Virus record (IMG/VR): IMGVR_UViG_3300045988_108496 | Span: 21,921 to 85,920 of that record | DNA from: a virus | Strand: one strand, 5' to 3' | Length of the DNA: 64,000 nt | Part shown: one piece after another, positions 52,270 to 60,665 of the stretch | Layout of the letters: every line of letters starts with the position of its first letter | Position numbering within the stretch: the stretch's first letter is position 1 | Notes under the pieces: generated by a model | What the model was told of the DNA's origin: nothing | Seen by the model: only the letters and a program-made list of their open reading frames with translations | Databases searched by the model: none | Program-made: the position numbers and the translations under genes

Positions 52270-52764
52270 ATGGAATTGTCAAATAAATGCAAAGAATTGT
52301 TCCTTGATGGCATTACCGATGTAATGTTTTACCCAAGGGAAGAGTGTGTTATACCAATACCGTTCAGTATGGCACAAGTGTTATATATTAATAATTGTAG
52401 TTTCCCTGCCGAGCCAACTTTACGCTTGGCTACGAGTGGCGAAAACTACGTTATTGTAGAGAATCTTAAAGTGAAGATGACGTTCGCCAAACAGGGCAAT
52501 GGTACTATATATACATATAATATTAGTGCAAATGTGGCAAATGGAGGCGAAAATGTGGCTGAAGCGTACCGAAATATGCGTGATAAGGAGTATTACGTGG
52601 TATTGCGCAAGATGGACGGTTCGTTGCAGTTGTGCTACACCTTGCCCCATACATTCGACATAGGTAGCACCACAGACCATAGTCAGACTGAGTTGGCGCG
52701 AACCGTCACTGCCACCACACAAGCCCTGTCGGAGCCGATACCTATCACACTTCGAGAGGCATAG
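52270..52764 (+). CDS. hypothetical protein
   Basis: 164-aa ORF. A GNRA-capped terminator at 52803-52835 follows. Confidence 0.6.
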   Translation: MELSNKCKELFLDGITDVMFYPREECVIPIPFSMAQVLYINNCSFPAEPTLRLATSGENYVIVENLKVKMTFAKQGNGTIYTYNISANVANGGENVAEAYRNMRDKEYYVVLRKMDGSLQLCYTLPHTFDIGSTTDHSQTELARTVTATTQALSEPIPITLREA

Positions 52765-52802
52765 TATTTTAGACATTTTTCAATGCCTTAGATTATATAT
52801 TA

Positions 52803-52835
52803 CGTCGTTGTCCGCGAGGATAGCGGCGTTTTTTT
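52803..52835 (+). terminator. intrinsic terminator with GNRA-capped apex (family copy 5)
   Basis: CGTCGT-TG-TCC-GCGA-GGA-TA-GCGGCG followed by T7. Confidence 0.75.
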
Positions 52836-52861
52836 GTCCTAAATATTACCGAAGCAGCCTT

Positions 52862-52869
52862 TAATTTTG
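52862..52869 (+). promoter_or_regulatory. -7 box TAATTTTG dedicated to the tRNA
   Basis: Lies 15 nt upstream of tRNA position 1 and directly after the terminator at 52803-52835. Confidence 0.55.
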
Positions 52870-52883
52870 CATATGGATAATAC

Positions 52884-52957
52884 AGCGGAGTGGTAGCAGT
52901 TGGTAGCTCACTTGGTTCATACCCAAGAGGTCGAAGGTTCGAGTCCTTCCTCCGCAA
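52884..52957 (+). tRNA. tRNA with CAT anticodon (Met, or Ile2 if lysidinylated)
   Basis: Hand fold. Anticodon stem CTTGG/CCAAG with loop TTCATAC (CAT at 52918-52920). Variable loop AGGTC. T-arm GAAGG-TTCGAGT-CCTTC. Acceptor AGCGGAG/CTCCGCA has 6 bp plus an A1-A72 mismatch. D-loop carries A14, G18G19 and A21, but the D-stem is weak and the acceptor-to-D spacer has one extra nt. No encoded CCA. Confidence 0.7.
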
Positions 52958-53016
52958 CATGGTCAGTCGGTAAAAAGATTGATTTTTCAGGATAACAACA
53001 CAAAACACATTTTCAG

Positions 53017-54618
53017 ATGATAACTACACTTCTTGAACTCTCCACTACTAAGCACTGGATGATGCACCCGCCGATGCTCAATGCCTTGCGCATTGGCATA
53101 CAGGAGAATATTGCCGGTCGCATTGTTCTTACAGCGGAGCAGACCATTAAGCGCATGGCATACGCTATTGGTATGACAGCCAATGGTGAGAAGTTACAAT
53201 TCTCAATGTCTTCAAATGACGATGAAGGCAATGGACGCGAACCGAGCGAAGAAACCAACAAGTTTGTAGCCGTGCTGCCCGTCTGCGGTCCGATTACCCG
53301 TAACGGCGACGCTTGCTCTTACGGATCAATCGACTTTCGCGACATGATGATACAGACTTCCAACCATGAGGAGTGTAAGGGTATCATCGTTTACATCAAT
53401 TCCGGCGGCGGTTCTGCGAATGCTATTCCCGATTACAAGTATGCTATTGACTATGCCCACAAGCAGGGCAAGAAGGTTGTCGCTCTTGTTGACGGCGACT
53501 GCTATTCGGCTGCAATGTACCTCGCTGTTCTTTGCGACGAGATTTATTATGTGAACGTAAAGGACGGTTTTGGATCAATCGGCGTTTATGGAGGTTTCTA
53601 CACCATGAAGTCGGGCGAGAAGAACGCCTATACCAACGAGACTTGGAATGAGGTGTATGCTACACAAAGTTACAACAAAAACGAGTGGTATCGCAAGGCG
53701 ACCGACGGCGACTATTCTCTTCTGCAATCCGACCTTGACGCTCTTTGCGAGGAGTTTATGTCGGACGTAAAAGCGGCTCGCCCCAATGTTACTGATGAGC
53801 ATCTTCATGGAGCAACATTCGACGCAAAGGAAGTGGAAGGCATACTCAACGATGGACAGTCAACTCTCGACGAGCTTGTAAATCGTTTCCTTGCGGATGC
53901 TGACGCAAAACCGAAGAACGATGTCACGGCAACCAACACAAACACTAATATCAATATGGAGAAATATCCTCTTATTTGCAACGCTTGCGGATTGCAGGCT
54001 GGCGAGATTGCCGTTACGGAAGAGGGCGCGTATATGAACGCCTCGCTTCTTGACTCTCTCGAAGCCCACATGAAGGAAGCCGAGCAGAAGGTGACTGATG
54101 CAGAGCAGAAAGTCACCACAGCGGAGAACGCTCTCGCAGAATTGCAGGGCAAGTTTGATGAACTCTCCGCTCAAGTAAACGCAGCCAACGAAGCAAAGGA
54201 AGTCGCGGAGAACGCACTTGCCCAGGCTAACGAGGCTCACAGTACAGAACTAAGCGACCTTAACGCGCAGCACACCGATGCTCTTGCCAAAAAGGACGAC
54301 GAGCTGAAAGCTCTCGCCAAGGCTAAGGACAAAGAGATTGCCCAGCTCACAGCCGACAAGACTGATGCCGAGGCAAACCTTCAGACCGCTAAGGACGCGC
54401 TTGCTACAGCCGAGCAGACCATTGCCGACAAGCAGGCTCAGATTGCCGCGCTCACCAATGAGGCTGGCGAAGAGCTAAACAGCGGCGAGGCTCCTGAGAA
54501 CAATGGTGAGGGTGTGAAAACTCCGCAGCTGCGCTCGTTCGATGGCAGCAAGTACAAGACCAACGTTGAGCGAAAGGCTGCTTTCCGGCGCTTCCTGCAT
54601 GGCGAGGAAGAGAAATAA
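53017..54618 (+). CDS. S49 (SppA/ClpP-fold) prohead protease fused to coiled-coil scaffold domain
   Basis: INSGGGSANA, VDGDCYSAAMYLA and GFGSIGVY motifs. The C-terminal 200 aa are an A/E/K/Q coiled coil (AEQKVTDAEQKVTTAENALAELQGK...). Confidence 0.85.
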   Translation: MITTLLELSTTKHWMMHPPMLNALRIGIQENIAGRIVLTAEQTIKRMAYAIGMTANGEKLQFSMSSNDDEGNGREPSEETNKFVAVLPVCGPITRNGDACSYGSIDFRDMMIQTSNHEECKGIIVYINSGGGSANAIPDYKYAIDYAHKQGKKVVALVDGDCYSAAMYLAVLCDEIYYVNVKDGFGSIGVYGGFYTMKSGEKNAYTNETWNEVYATQSYNKNEWYRKATDGDYSLLQSDLDALCEEFMSDVKAARPNVTDEHLHGATFDAKEVEGILNDGQSTLDELVNRFLADADAKPKNDVTATNTNTNINMEKYPLICNACGLQAGEIAVTEEGAYMNASLLDSLEAHMKEAEQKVTDAEQKVTTAENALAELQGKFDELSAQVNAANEAKEVAENALAQANEAHSTELSDLNAQHTDALAKKDDELKALAKAKDKEIAQLTADKTDAEANLQTAKDALATAEQTIADKQAQIAALTNEAGEELNSGEAPENNGEGVKTPQLRSFDGSKYKTNVERKAAFRRFLHGEEEK

Positions 54619-54677
54619 AAACTCTCAACCAACACAAACAACAAAAACATTAACAAAGACACAAAAACACAACAATT

Positions 54678-55970
54678 ATGGCAAATTTACCTAAAGATTT
54701 TATCGGCCTTGACGCGCTCCAGCACGTAGCCGAGGAGGTTGCTAAGGAAATTGTAATGGGTCCGGGTTATTCGGATGCAGAAGAGATGGACCGCCTTGGT
54801 ATCGACATCATCACTGGTGTTCAGTTCAAGCGCACTTTCCACTTGTTCATTCGCAAGGGTGGCACCACACGTCGTAAGGACGTTCACCGCGAAATTAACA
54901 GCGAAGCTGGATTCTTGAAAGAGCGTACGCTTACCTCGAAGCTCTCCTGGGATAAGTTTCCCGGCAATATCGACGACTTCTGTGAAACAGTATTCGGAAC
55001 AGACGCTCAGGGTCAGTTCCCTCTCTCCTCACAGGCTGTAGAGGCAATCCTTAAGGACTATGCCGACAACCTCGCTGCTAACTTGTGGTTCGGCGACATT
55101 ACTCTTGACAATGGCGCCGACTCAGTTCCTGCTCGCGATCAGGCCATGGCTCTCTACGACGGTTTCCACACTTGCATTAAGCACGACATCGAGGACGGTC
55201 TTATCTCAGAGGCTAACGGCAACCTCGTTCCTTGTAAGGCTATTTCGGCTCCTGCTGACAACAACGACTCTACTCCTTATGACAACTTCATCGAGTGGCA
55301 CGCTAATTGGGACGAGCGTCTGCGCAAGGTTCCAACATGGGTTTACATGAACGAGGCAACTGCCATGAACATTGCAGCAGGTTATGCTAACAAGTTCCAC
55401 GGCAACTTCCGTGTAGAGTACAACCAGGGCGACAATTTCAAGCTGCCGGGTCTTTCTAAGGTTACTATCTGTCCTATCGCCAACTTCGGCGCAGGCGACC
55501 GTATGTATGCAAGCATCGACAAGAACTTTGTCTATGGTGTTGACACACTCAGCAACCAGCAGTATGTAAGTGTTCGCCTCGGCTCCGACCGAGATCACAG
55601 AGACTTATCTTTCCAGATTCAGTCAATCCAGGGAGCAGGCATACGCAACTACTTGAAATATGCTCTCTGCGTCAGCGACGGTAATCTCGTTGCTCCTGAG
55701 TATGTAGCCGGCGACTACGATAACACTATGCTCGTGATTACCCTTGCTGGTACTGACGGTCAGAAACCAGACGGTACAGTAAAGGTAAATGGCACAGGTT
55801 ACACCAAGCCGCTTGAAACTGCGCCTAATCAGATTCTCTCTCTTGAGGCAGTCGATGGTACTACCTACAAGTTTGCAGGTTGGAGCAACGGCAAGACCGA
55901 GAAGAAGATTCAGCTCACCGCCACCGGCATGAACATGGGCTTGACAGCTTTCTTCAAGAAGAACGGTTAA
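54678..55970 (+). CDS. putative major capsid protein with C-terminal InlB-B-repeat/Ig-like domain
   Basis: 430-aa ORF directly after the protease-scaffold gene, with a strong hairpin after its stop. The C-terminal VKVNGTGYTKP...LSLEAVDGTTYKFAGWSNG resembles the bacterial B-repeat pattern. The capsid call rests on position. Confidence 0.65.
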   Translation: MANLPKDFIGLDALQHVAEEVAKEIVMGPGYSDAEEMDRLGIDIITGVQFKRTFHLFIRKGGTTRRKDVHREINSEAGFLKERTLTSKLSWDKFPGNIDDFCETVFGTDAQGQFPLSSQAVEAILKDYADNLAANLWFGDITLDNGADSVPARDQAMALYDGFHTCIKHDIEDGLISEANGNLVPCKAISAPADNNDSTPYDNFIEWHANWDERLRKVPTWVYMNEATAMNIAAGYANKFHGNFRVEYNQGDNFKLPGLSKVTICPIANFGAGDRMYASIDKNFVYGVDTLSNQQYVSVRLGSDRDHRDLSFQIQSIQGAGIRNYLKYALCVSDGNLVAPEYVAGDYDNTMLVITLAGTDGQKPDGTVKVNGTGYTKPLETAPNQILSLEAVDGTTYKFAGWSNGKTEKKIQLTATGMNMGLTAFFKKNG

Positions 55971-56096
55971 TACCTAACGGAGTTTTTTTCACTCTATATT
56001 TTCACGGGCGACGGTCGTGGCTGACCTGACGGAACATGCTTACCCGCCGCCCTTCTTTTAAACAATACATTCAACAACACAAAAACTCATAAGAAT

Positions 56097-56660
56097 ATGG
56101 CAGTAACAGCAACATGTCCTGAGATTAAGGATATTCTCGCCGCTAATGAATGCTTAGAGAACTTTGGCGGCCTTGGCATCAATGTGTATGCTTTCAACAA
56201 AGGCGACCTCAAGGCTCCTTTGAAAGCAGAAAAGAACGTTTATCCTGCTCTGACCGCCGAGTCGTTCAACACTGGCAAGGGTCTCTACAAATTTGAATGC
56301 AAAGAAAGTAGTCAGGGACACACTTTCGAGAACCTTGGCCGCAGAAAAGGTTTCAAGCAACAGCTTGACTATGTGCTTGAGAGCGTAAACGCAGAGTCTG
56401 CTGAAGTGGCTCGCGCCCTGAACAACCTCGACCTTGGTTACATTATCCAGGATGGCGAGAAGAGTATTATCGTGTACGACCCTCAGCACAAGTTTGAGTA
56501 TGCTTCGGGTGGCATTAAGGGCGACACGGGCAAGAAGGCCGACGACGACCGTCAGGTGGAACTGTCCGGCTCTCTGCAACCCTGTACATACGGACGTTAC
56601 GAGATTACAGAGCCAGAGACCGGCGGTTGGGACTCGCTTTTAGCTTCAAAAAAAGGGTAA
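56097..56660 (+). CDS. hypothetical structural-module protein
   Basis: 187-aa ORF after the capsid gene. Two strong hairpins lie downstream. Confidence 0.6.
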   Translation: MAVTATCPEIKDILAANECLENFGGLGINVYAFNKGDLKAPLKAEKNVYPALTAESFNTGKGLYKFECKESSQGHTFENLGRRKGFKQQLDYVLESVNAESAEVARALNNLDLGYIIQDGEKSIIVYDPQHKFEYASGGIKGDTGKKADDDRQVELSGSLQPCTYGRYEITEPETGGWDSLLASKKG

Positions 56661-56813
56661 GCGATATTGACGCACAGAGCGAAAGCAATATCGCTAAGGA
56701 AGTGTTCGACGATGCCGACTCTTCTTTCTTCAGCACAAGTGAAGAAGGAACGACGGCAAAGAAGAGCAAGAAATAATCGCTCATACGAGAAAGATTTTTT
56801 CGTCATACGACAA

Positions 56814-56865
56814 ATCCCTGCATCTATCCTTTATATACAAAAGGTATGGATGCAGGGATTTTTAT
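56814..56865 (+). terminator. intrinsic terminator closing the head module
   Basis: 11-bp stem ATCCCTGCATC/GATGCAGGGAT followed by TTTTTATT. Confidence 0.7.
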
Positions 56866-56947
56866 TATATATATTAGTATTCTGATAAATTTATACTAAA
56901 ATTAGCGTTTTTAATACAAAATGTAATCTAAATTAGATAGTTGTCTT

Positions 56948-56955
56948 TAATTTTG
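56948..56955 (+). promoter_or_regulatory. -7 box TAATTTTG upstream of LysR gene
   Basis: Sits in an AT-rich 150-bp spacer, 64 nt upstream of the ATG. Confidence 0.5.
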
Positions 56956-57018
56956 CAATTAGAAAAGCTTCTTTGATTACATTGTTGTAAACGTAGAATA
57001 ACTAAAAATATAGGTTTT

Positions 57019-57948
57019 ATGGAATTAAGACATTTACGCTCCTTTGTTTATGTCGCCGAAACAAAGTCGTTTAGTACGGCTGCCACACGTTGTTGCGTCA
57101 CCCAGTCGGCGGTAAGCCAGCACATTCGCGCCCTGGAGGACGAGTTGGGTTGCAAACTGCTTATCCGCACTTCGCACGGCATTATGCTCACTGAAAGCGG
57201 CGAAGCCCTGTTGCCTCGTGCCAAAGAAATACTGAAGCAAACCGAGGACTGCAAAGAGCAAATCAATGCCCTTAACAACTGCATGACCGGCGAATTGCGC
57301 ATAGGCGTAGGTTCTTTTATTGCTCCGTATGTCCGTATGGCAGCATTGATATTTATGGAGAGATACCCCAACGTGCGTATCAATGCCGACTTTACTAAAG
57401 CCTACCTCCTCAACCAATCGCTAAGGGCGCACATGTTAGACCTTGCTTTCACCATGAATTTGGCATACCGTCACGAAGGAATAGAGTCGAGACCCTGCAT
57501 ACCATTTAATGTGTATGCTATCATGCGCGACACCCATCCCCTTGCCTCGCTCCCAAAGGTGTCGTATGAAGATATTCTGAAGCACCCCATCATCATGCCC
57601 GACATAGGCGAGCGTGCCATTGAGACATTTCAGCAAAATATTAAACGCGACTTGTATAAACTCAATATCAAGTGTATCATCAGTGACCCCGACGAAGCCC
57701 TGACCTCGGTGGAAGAAACCAAGTACGTCACCTTCATGCCTAAGCTCTACCTGCGCAACCACCCTACCCTTGTAGCGCGTCCCGTTGTCGGACTCGAACA
57801 ACAGTTGATGAGCAACGCCCACTGGATGCAGGACGTACCCAAGAAGCGAGCCGCACAATTATTTCTTGACATCATCCGCGACGAAGTGGTGCCATACATT
57901 TCCGTAGCCGAAGATTCGCAAGGGAAGTTCACACCGCCACCTCGATAG
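57019..57948 (+). CDS. LysR-family transcriptional regulator
   Basis: N-terminal MELRHLRSFVYVAETKSFSTAATRCCVTQSAVSQHIRALEDELGCKLLIR is a classical LTTR HTH, followed by a 200-aa effector domain. It has its own promoter and terminator. Confidence 0.9.
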   Translation: MELRHLRSFVYVAETKSFSTAATRCCVTQSAVSQHIRALEDELGCKLLIRTSHGIMLTESGEALLPRAKEILKQTEDCKEQINALNNCMTGELRIGVGSFIAPYVRMAALIFMERYPNVRINADFTKAYLLNQSLRAHMLDLAFTMNLAYRHEGIESRPCIPFNVYAIMRDTHPLASLPKVSYEDILKHPIIMPDIGERAIETFQQNIKRDLYKLNIKCIISDPDEALTSVEETKYVTFMPKLYLRNHPTLVARPVVGLEQQLMSNAHWMQDVPKKRAAQLFLDIIRDEVVPYISVAEDSQGKFTPPPR

Positions 57949-57974
57949 TCATTAGAATATCTTATACTGTACCG

Positions 57975-58005
57975 AGCCTCACGTTAGCAGCGTGAGGCTT
58001 TTTTA
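57975..58005 (+). terminator. intrinsic terminator after LysR gene
   Basis: AGCCTCACG-TTAGCAG-CGTGAGGCT followed by T6. Confidence 0.85.
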
Positions 58006-58087
58006 TTTTAGTATTAGCCGAAATTATACGTTATTCCACGGCAAGAACACTTAATAAGAAACACTTCGCCCACACCACTTTCTCCCC

Positions 58088-58095
58088 TACCTTTG
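58088..58095 (+). promoter_or_regulatory. -7 box TACCTTTG upstream of the Cys-rich cluster
   Basis: CCTACCTTTGCAACAAG resembles the early cassette core. No clear -33 TTTG. Confidence 0.5.
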
Positions 58096-58109
58096 CAACA
58101 AGTTCAATA

Positions 58110-58649
58110 ATGAACGAAATCAACCAAACACAAAACACTATGCAGATTAAAACTAATGACGGCAACTATGATGTTGCCAGCAAGGGACTTGGCAATACAG
58201 CCTTGGGTCTCGGCATCGCAGGCTTGGCAACGAGCCTATTGGGAGGCAGCGCCTCGCTTCTGGGCATCGGAAGAAACAACGGCATGACAGCCAATCCTAC
58301 CGACCCTGATGCGCGTTTCGTAACTAAGAGTGAGACTAACCTCATCCAAGAGAACAGCACTCTGAAAACCGAACTCGCCATTCAGAAGAGCGAAAACTAC
58401 ACCGACAAGAAGCTCGTGGAAGTGACACAGTATCTCGATACGAAGTTGCGCCGTGTAGAAGACAAAGTGGATGCAAACAAGGATGCGCAGCAAGCCGTCA
58501 ACGCACAGCAGATGGCTTACAATGCGGCAGCTAACGCCAGCATCGACGTGCTCAAGTCGCAGGTGGCATCGTTGTCGAGCGTAACCAAGTTGTTCATCCC
58601 TTCAACCAACGTATGCCAGACCGGTTGCGGTTGCGGATGCAATCAGTAA
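58110..58649 (+). CDS. glycine-zipper / coiled-coil protein ending in CQTGCGCGCNQ
   Basis: GLGNTALGLGIAGLATSLLGGSASLLGIG hydrophobic Gly-zipper, a long coiled coil, and four Cys in the last 11 residues. Promoter box at 58088-58095. Confidence 0.6.
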   Translation: MNEINQTQNTMQIKTNDGNYDVASKGLGNTALGLGIAGLATSLLGGSASLLGIGRNNGMTANPTDPDARFVTKSETNLIQENSTLKTELAIQKSENYTDKKLVEVTQYLDTKLRRVEDKVDANKDAQQAVNAQQMAYNAAANASIDVLKSQVASLSSVTKLFIPSTNVCQTGCGCGCNQ

Positions 58650-58675
58650 GAGAATAACGTAATCCAGCTATATAT

Positions 58676-59098
58676 ATGGAATACAAAAACTCACAAATCT
58701 TGGCGGCAGTCGTGTCCGAATGGGCACGACCCGCCATTTCGCAGATAGCCGCAGGCAACCTCATGCGCCTACCCATGCTTCAGTCTCTGCAAGCCACCAT
58801 CAGCTCGTTAGGCATTGTCAGTGGCAGTTATGCCCTACAGAAGGACATCGAGCCACTCATCCAGCCAATCATCAACTCGCTCGTCGCACCTATGCTTGCC
58901 CGATATTTCGGTCAGATACCCGAAGAGAGCATACCGCAGATGGCACATGACATAGTGGAGAAGATGCGAGGTAACGGACCGCTGTCTGTGCTCGAGGGTA
59001 TGGTGACGTTTGAAGACGAAGACCTCACCGAGCTTGCCGATCTTCTTGACAAGAACCTACCCGTAGGGCAGACGCAAGGCTATCAGGTAAAACATTAA
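58676..59098 (+). CDS. hypothetical protein
   Basis: 140-aa ORF in the same cluster. Confidence 0.55.
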   Translation: MEYKNSQILAAVVSEWARPAISQIAAGNLMRLPMLQSLQATISSLGIVSGSYALQKDIEPLIQPIINSLVAPMLARYFGQIPEESIPQMAHDIVEKMRGNGPLSVLEGMVTFEDEDLTELADLLDKNLPVGQTQGYQVKH

Positions 59099-59156
59099 AC
59101 AGAGTAACAAACCAAGCGGCGGCAAGCATCGTCGCTATAATAAAACATAAACGATT

Positions 59157-59585
59157 ATGAACAAACGTACCATTCCGGCTATCATCATAGCCACACTTGC
59201 GGCTGGTGCAACCGCCGCTGCACCCTATTATGATGTCAATATCACACAGCAGCTTTGCACACCGGCTTGCGTAGATGAGACACCCGTGTTCGCTCCGAAG
59301 TTCTCCGTCAAGAGCATTGCCAACGTAGGCACATCGCAGTATATCATCGTCATTCACGTTGAGGGTGTAATAAGCTACATCCCATGCAACTGCGGCTCGT
59401 GCTGCACACGCTCACAAGTGGTGTCGCAAGACTTCACCATACCTGTGTTCAGCGCCACAACCATCAACTCGGCAACAATAACAGTAGGTACCGTACAGAA
59501 CGGCATAGCACGCATATCTTGCTGCAACTGTTCCAAGACTTTCGTGTCCGACTGCCCCGTAACGCTCACCCTTGCAACTACATAA
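59157..59585 (+). CDS. secreted Cys-rich protein (10 Cys)
   Basis: Signal-like N-terminus MNKRTIPAIIIATLAAGATAAAP. Cys clusters CTPAC, CNCGSCC, CCNC. Confidence 0.6.
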   Translation: MNKRTIPAIIIATLAAGATAAAPYYDVNITQQLCTPACVDETPVFAPKFSVKSIANVGTSQYIIVIHVEGVISYIPCNCGSCCTRSQVVSQDFTIPVFSATTINSATITVGTVQNGIARISCCNCSKTFVSDCPVTLTLATT

Positions 59586-59589
59586 AGCC

Positions 59590-59889
59590 ATGATAGTTCT
59601 GATAGCTATAGCCACCATGATAGCTGCCACGCTTGCCCAACACCTCGGACTGGCCGAAGCCATTGTCCGTGTTGTTGACAAGGTGGCATCATGCCCTCAG
59701 TGTTTCACCTTTTGGGTTACAATGTCGGCGTTGCTCTACCTCGGCCACGATGTCTACGCATCGGCGCTGTCGGCTATTGTGGTGGCATATCTGTCAAACT
59801 GGTTTGTGTTGTTGCTGCTTATTCTTCAACGAAAATTTACGAAACTCTATGAAAAAGAAAGACACACCACCGACCGCCTCGACCACTAA
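59590..59889 (+). CDS. small polytopic membrane protein with CPQC motif
   Basis: The track start at 59572 is TTG, so the in-frame ATG at 59590 is used. About 3 hydrophobic helices with SCPQCFTFW between helices 1 and 2. Confidence 0.55.
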   Translation: MIVLIAIATMIAATLAQHLGLAEAIVRVVDKVASCPQCFTFWVTMSALLYLGHDVYASALSAIVVAYLSNWFVLLLLILQRKFTKLYEKERHTTDRLDH

Positions 59890-60022
59890 GGTAAAGGCAG
59901 AAAGCAAGCCCCAAGCGCAAACTTTCTTTCCAACGTTGCACATCTCTGCGCAAAAAACATTACTTATCCCACATTTTCGGGGCATCTGCCCTACATGTTA
60001 AACATATAAAGACTCAAACAAA

Positions 60023-60526
60023 ATGAATTACAAACAGATGATTGAACAGGCTCGTGCCAATGGTATGGCTACCGAGAAGAAGATGTGGGCAGCAGTAGAA
60101 ACTCTCTCTACCGATCTCCTTGCGCTGGAGCAGACCGACCCCAAACTCTATTGGCACATATTGCGCCGTCAGCACGCCGTTCTCTATGGACGACACTATT
60201 CTGAGAAGATGGCCAACCACGATGTTAATGCTCTTGTCTATAGCGGCATGTACGACGAGGAGGGTACGCCAACCGGCGGAGGTGCACATTGGACTCGTAT
60301 CAAGGTAGACGAGCTGACTAAGGGTATGAAGTTTCACTCAAATGTCAACGCATGGGACAAATACGTCGCCTTCAATTCGATGTACGCCGACCTCTGCGCT
60401 TGCATGAACGAAGAGGAGATAATCAAAGCCGCCTACGCTTTCTACTTTTGTGATGACGACTGGCAGCCCTGCGAAGACGACTGCACTAAGGTGTGGGACT
60501 ATAATGCCCTACACGCCACCCTCTAA
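60023..60526 (+). CDS. hypothetical protein
   Basis: 167-aa ORF. A 13-bp-stem hairpin at 60556-60597 lies downstream. Confidence 0.6.
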   Translation: MNYKQMIEQARANGMATEKKMWAAVETLSTDLLALEQTDPKLYWHILRRQHAVLYGRHYSEKMANHDVNALVYSGMYDEEGTPTGGGAHWTRIKVDELTKGMKFHSNVNAWDKYVAFNSMYADLCACMNEEEIIKAAYAFYFCDDDWQPCEDDCTKVWDYNALHATL

Positions 60527-60657
60527 TTTTTTGAATTTTTACATTTGTATTCTTCAAAGCCACTTTGCGCTAATTACACAATTCGCAGAGTGGCTTCATT
60601 TGTATCTTCTCCTTATACGCTCCCCCACCATGTCCGCCCCACCAAATTAAAAACTCC

Positions 60658-60665
60658 TACATTTG
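60658..60665 (+). promoter_or_regulatory. -7 box TACATTTG upstream of gene 60689
   Basis: A second TACATTTG lies at 60540-60547. Confidence 0.45.

Noticed and set aside
52793-53008. 71-aa ORF on the minus strand
   Set aside because: It is antisense to the tRNA and its terminator and promoter, so it is an artefact.
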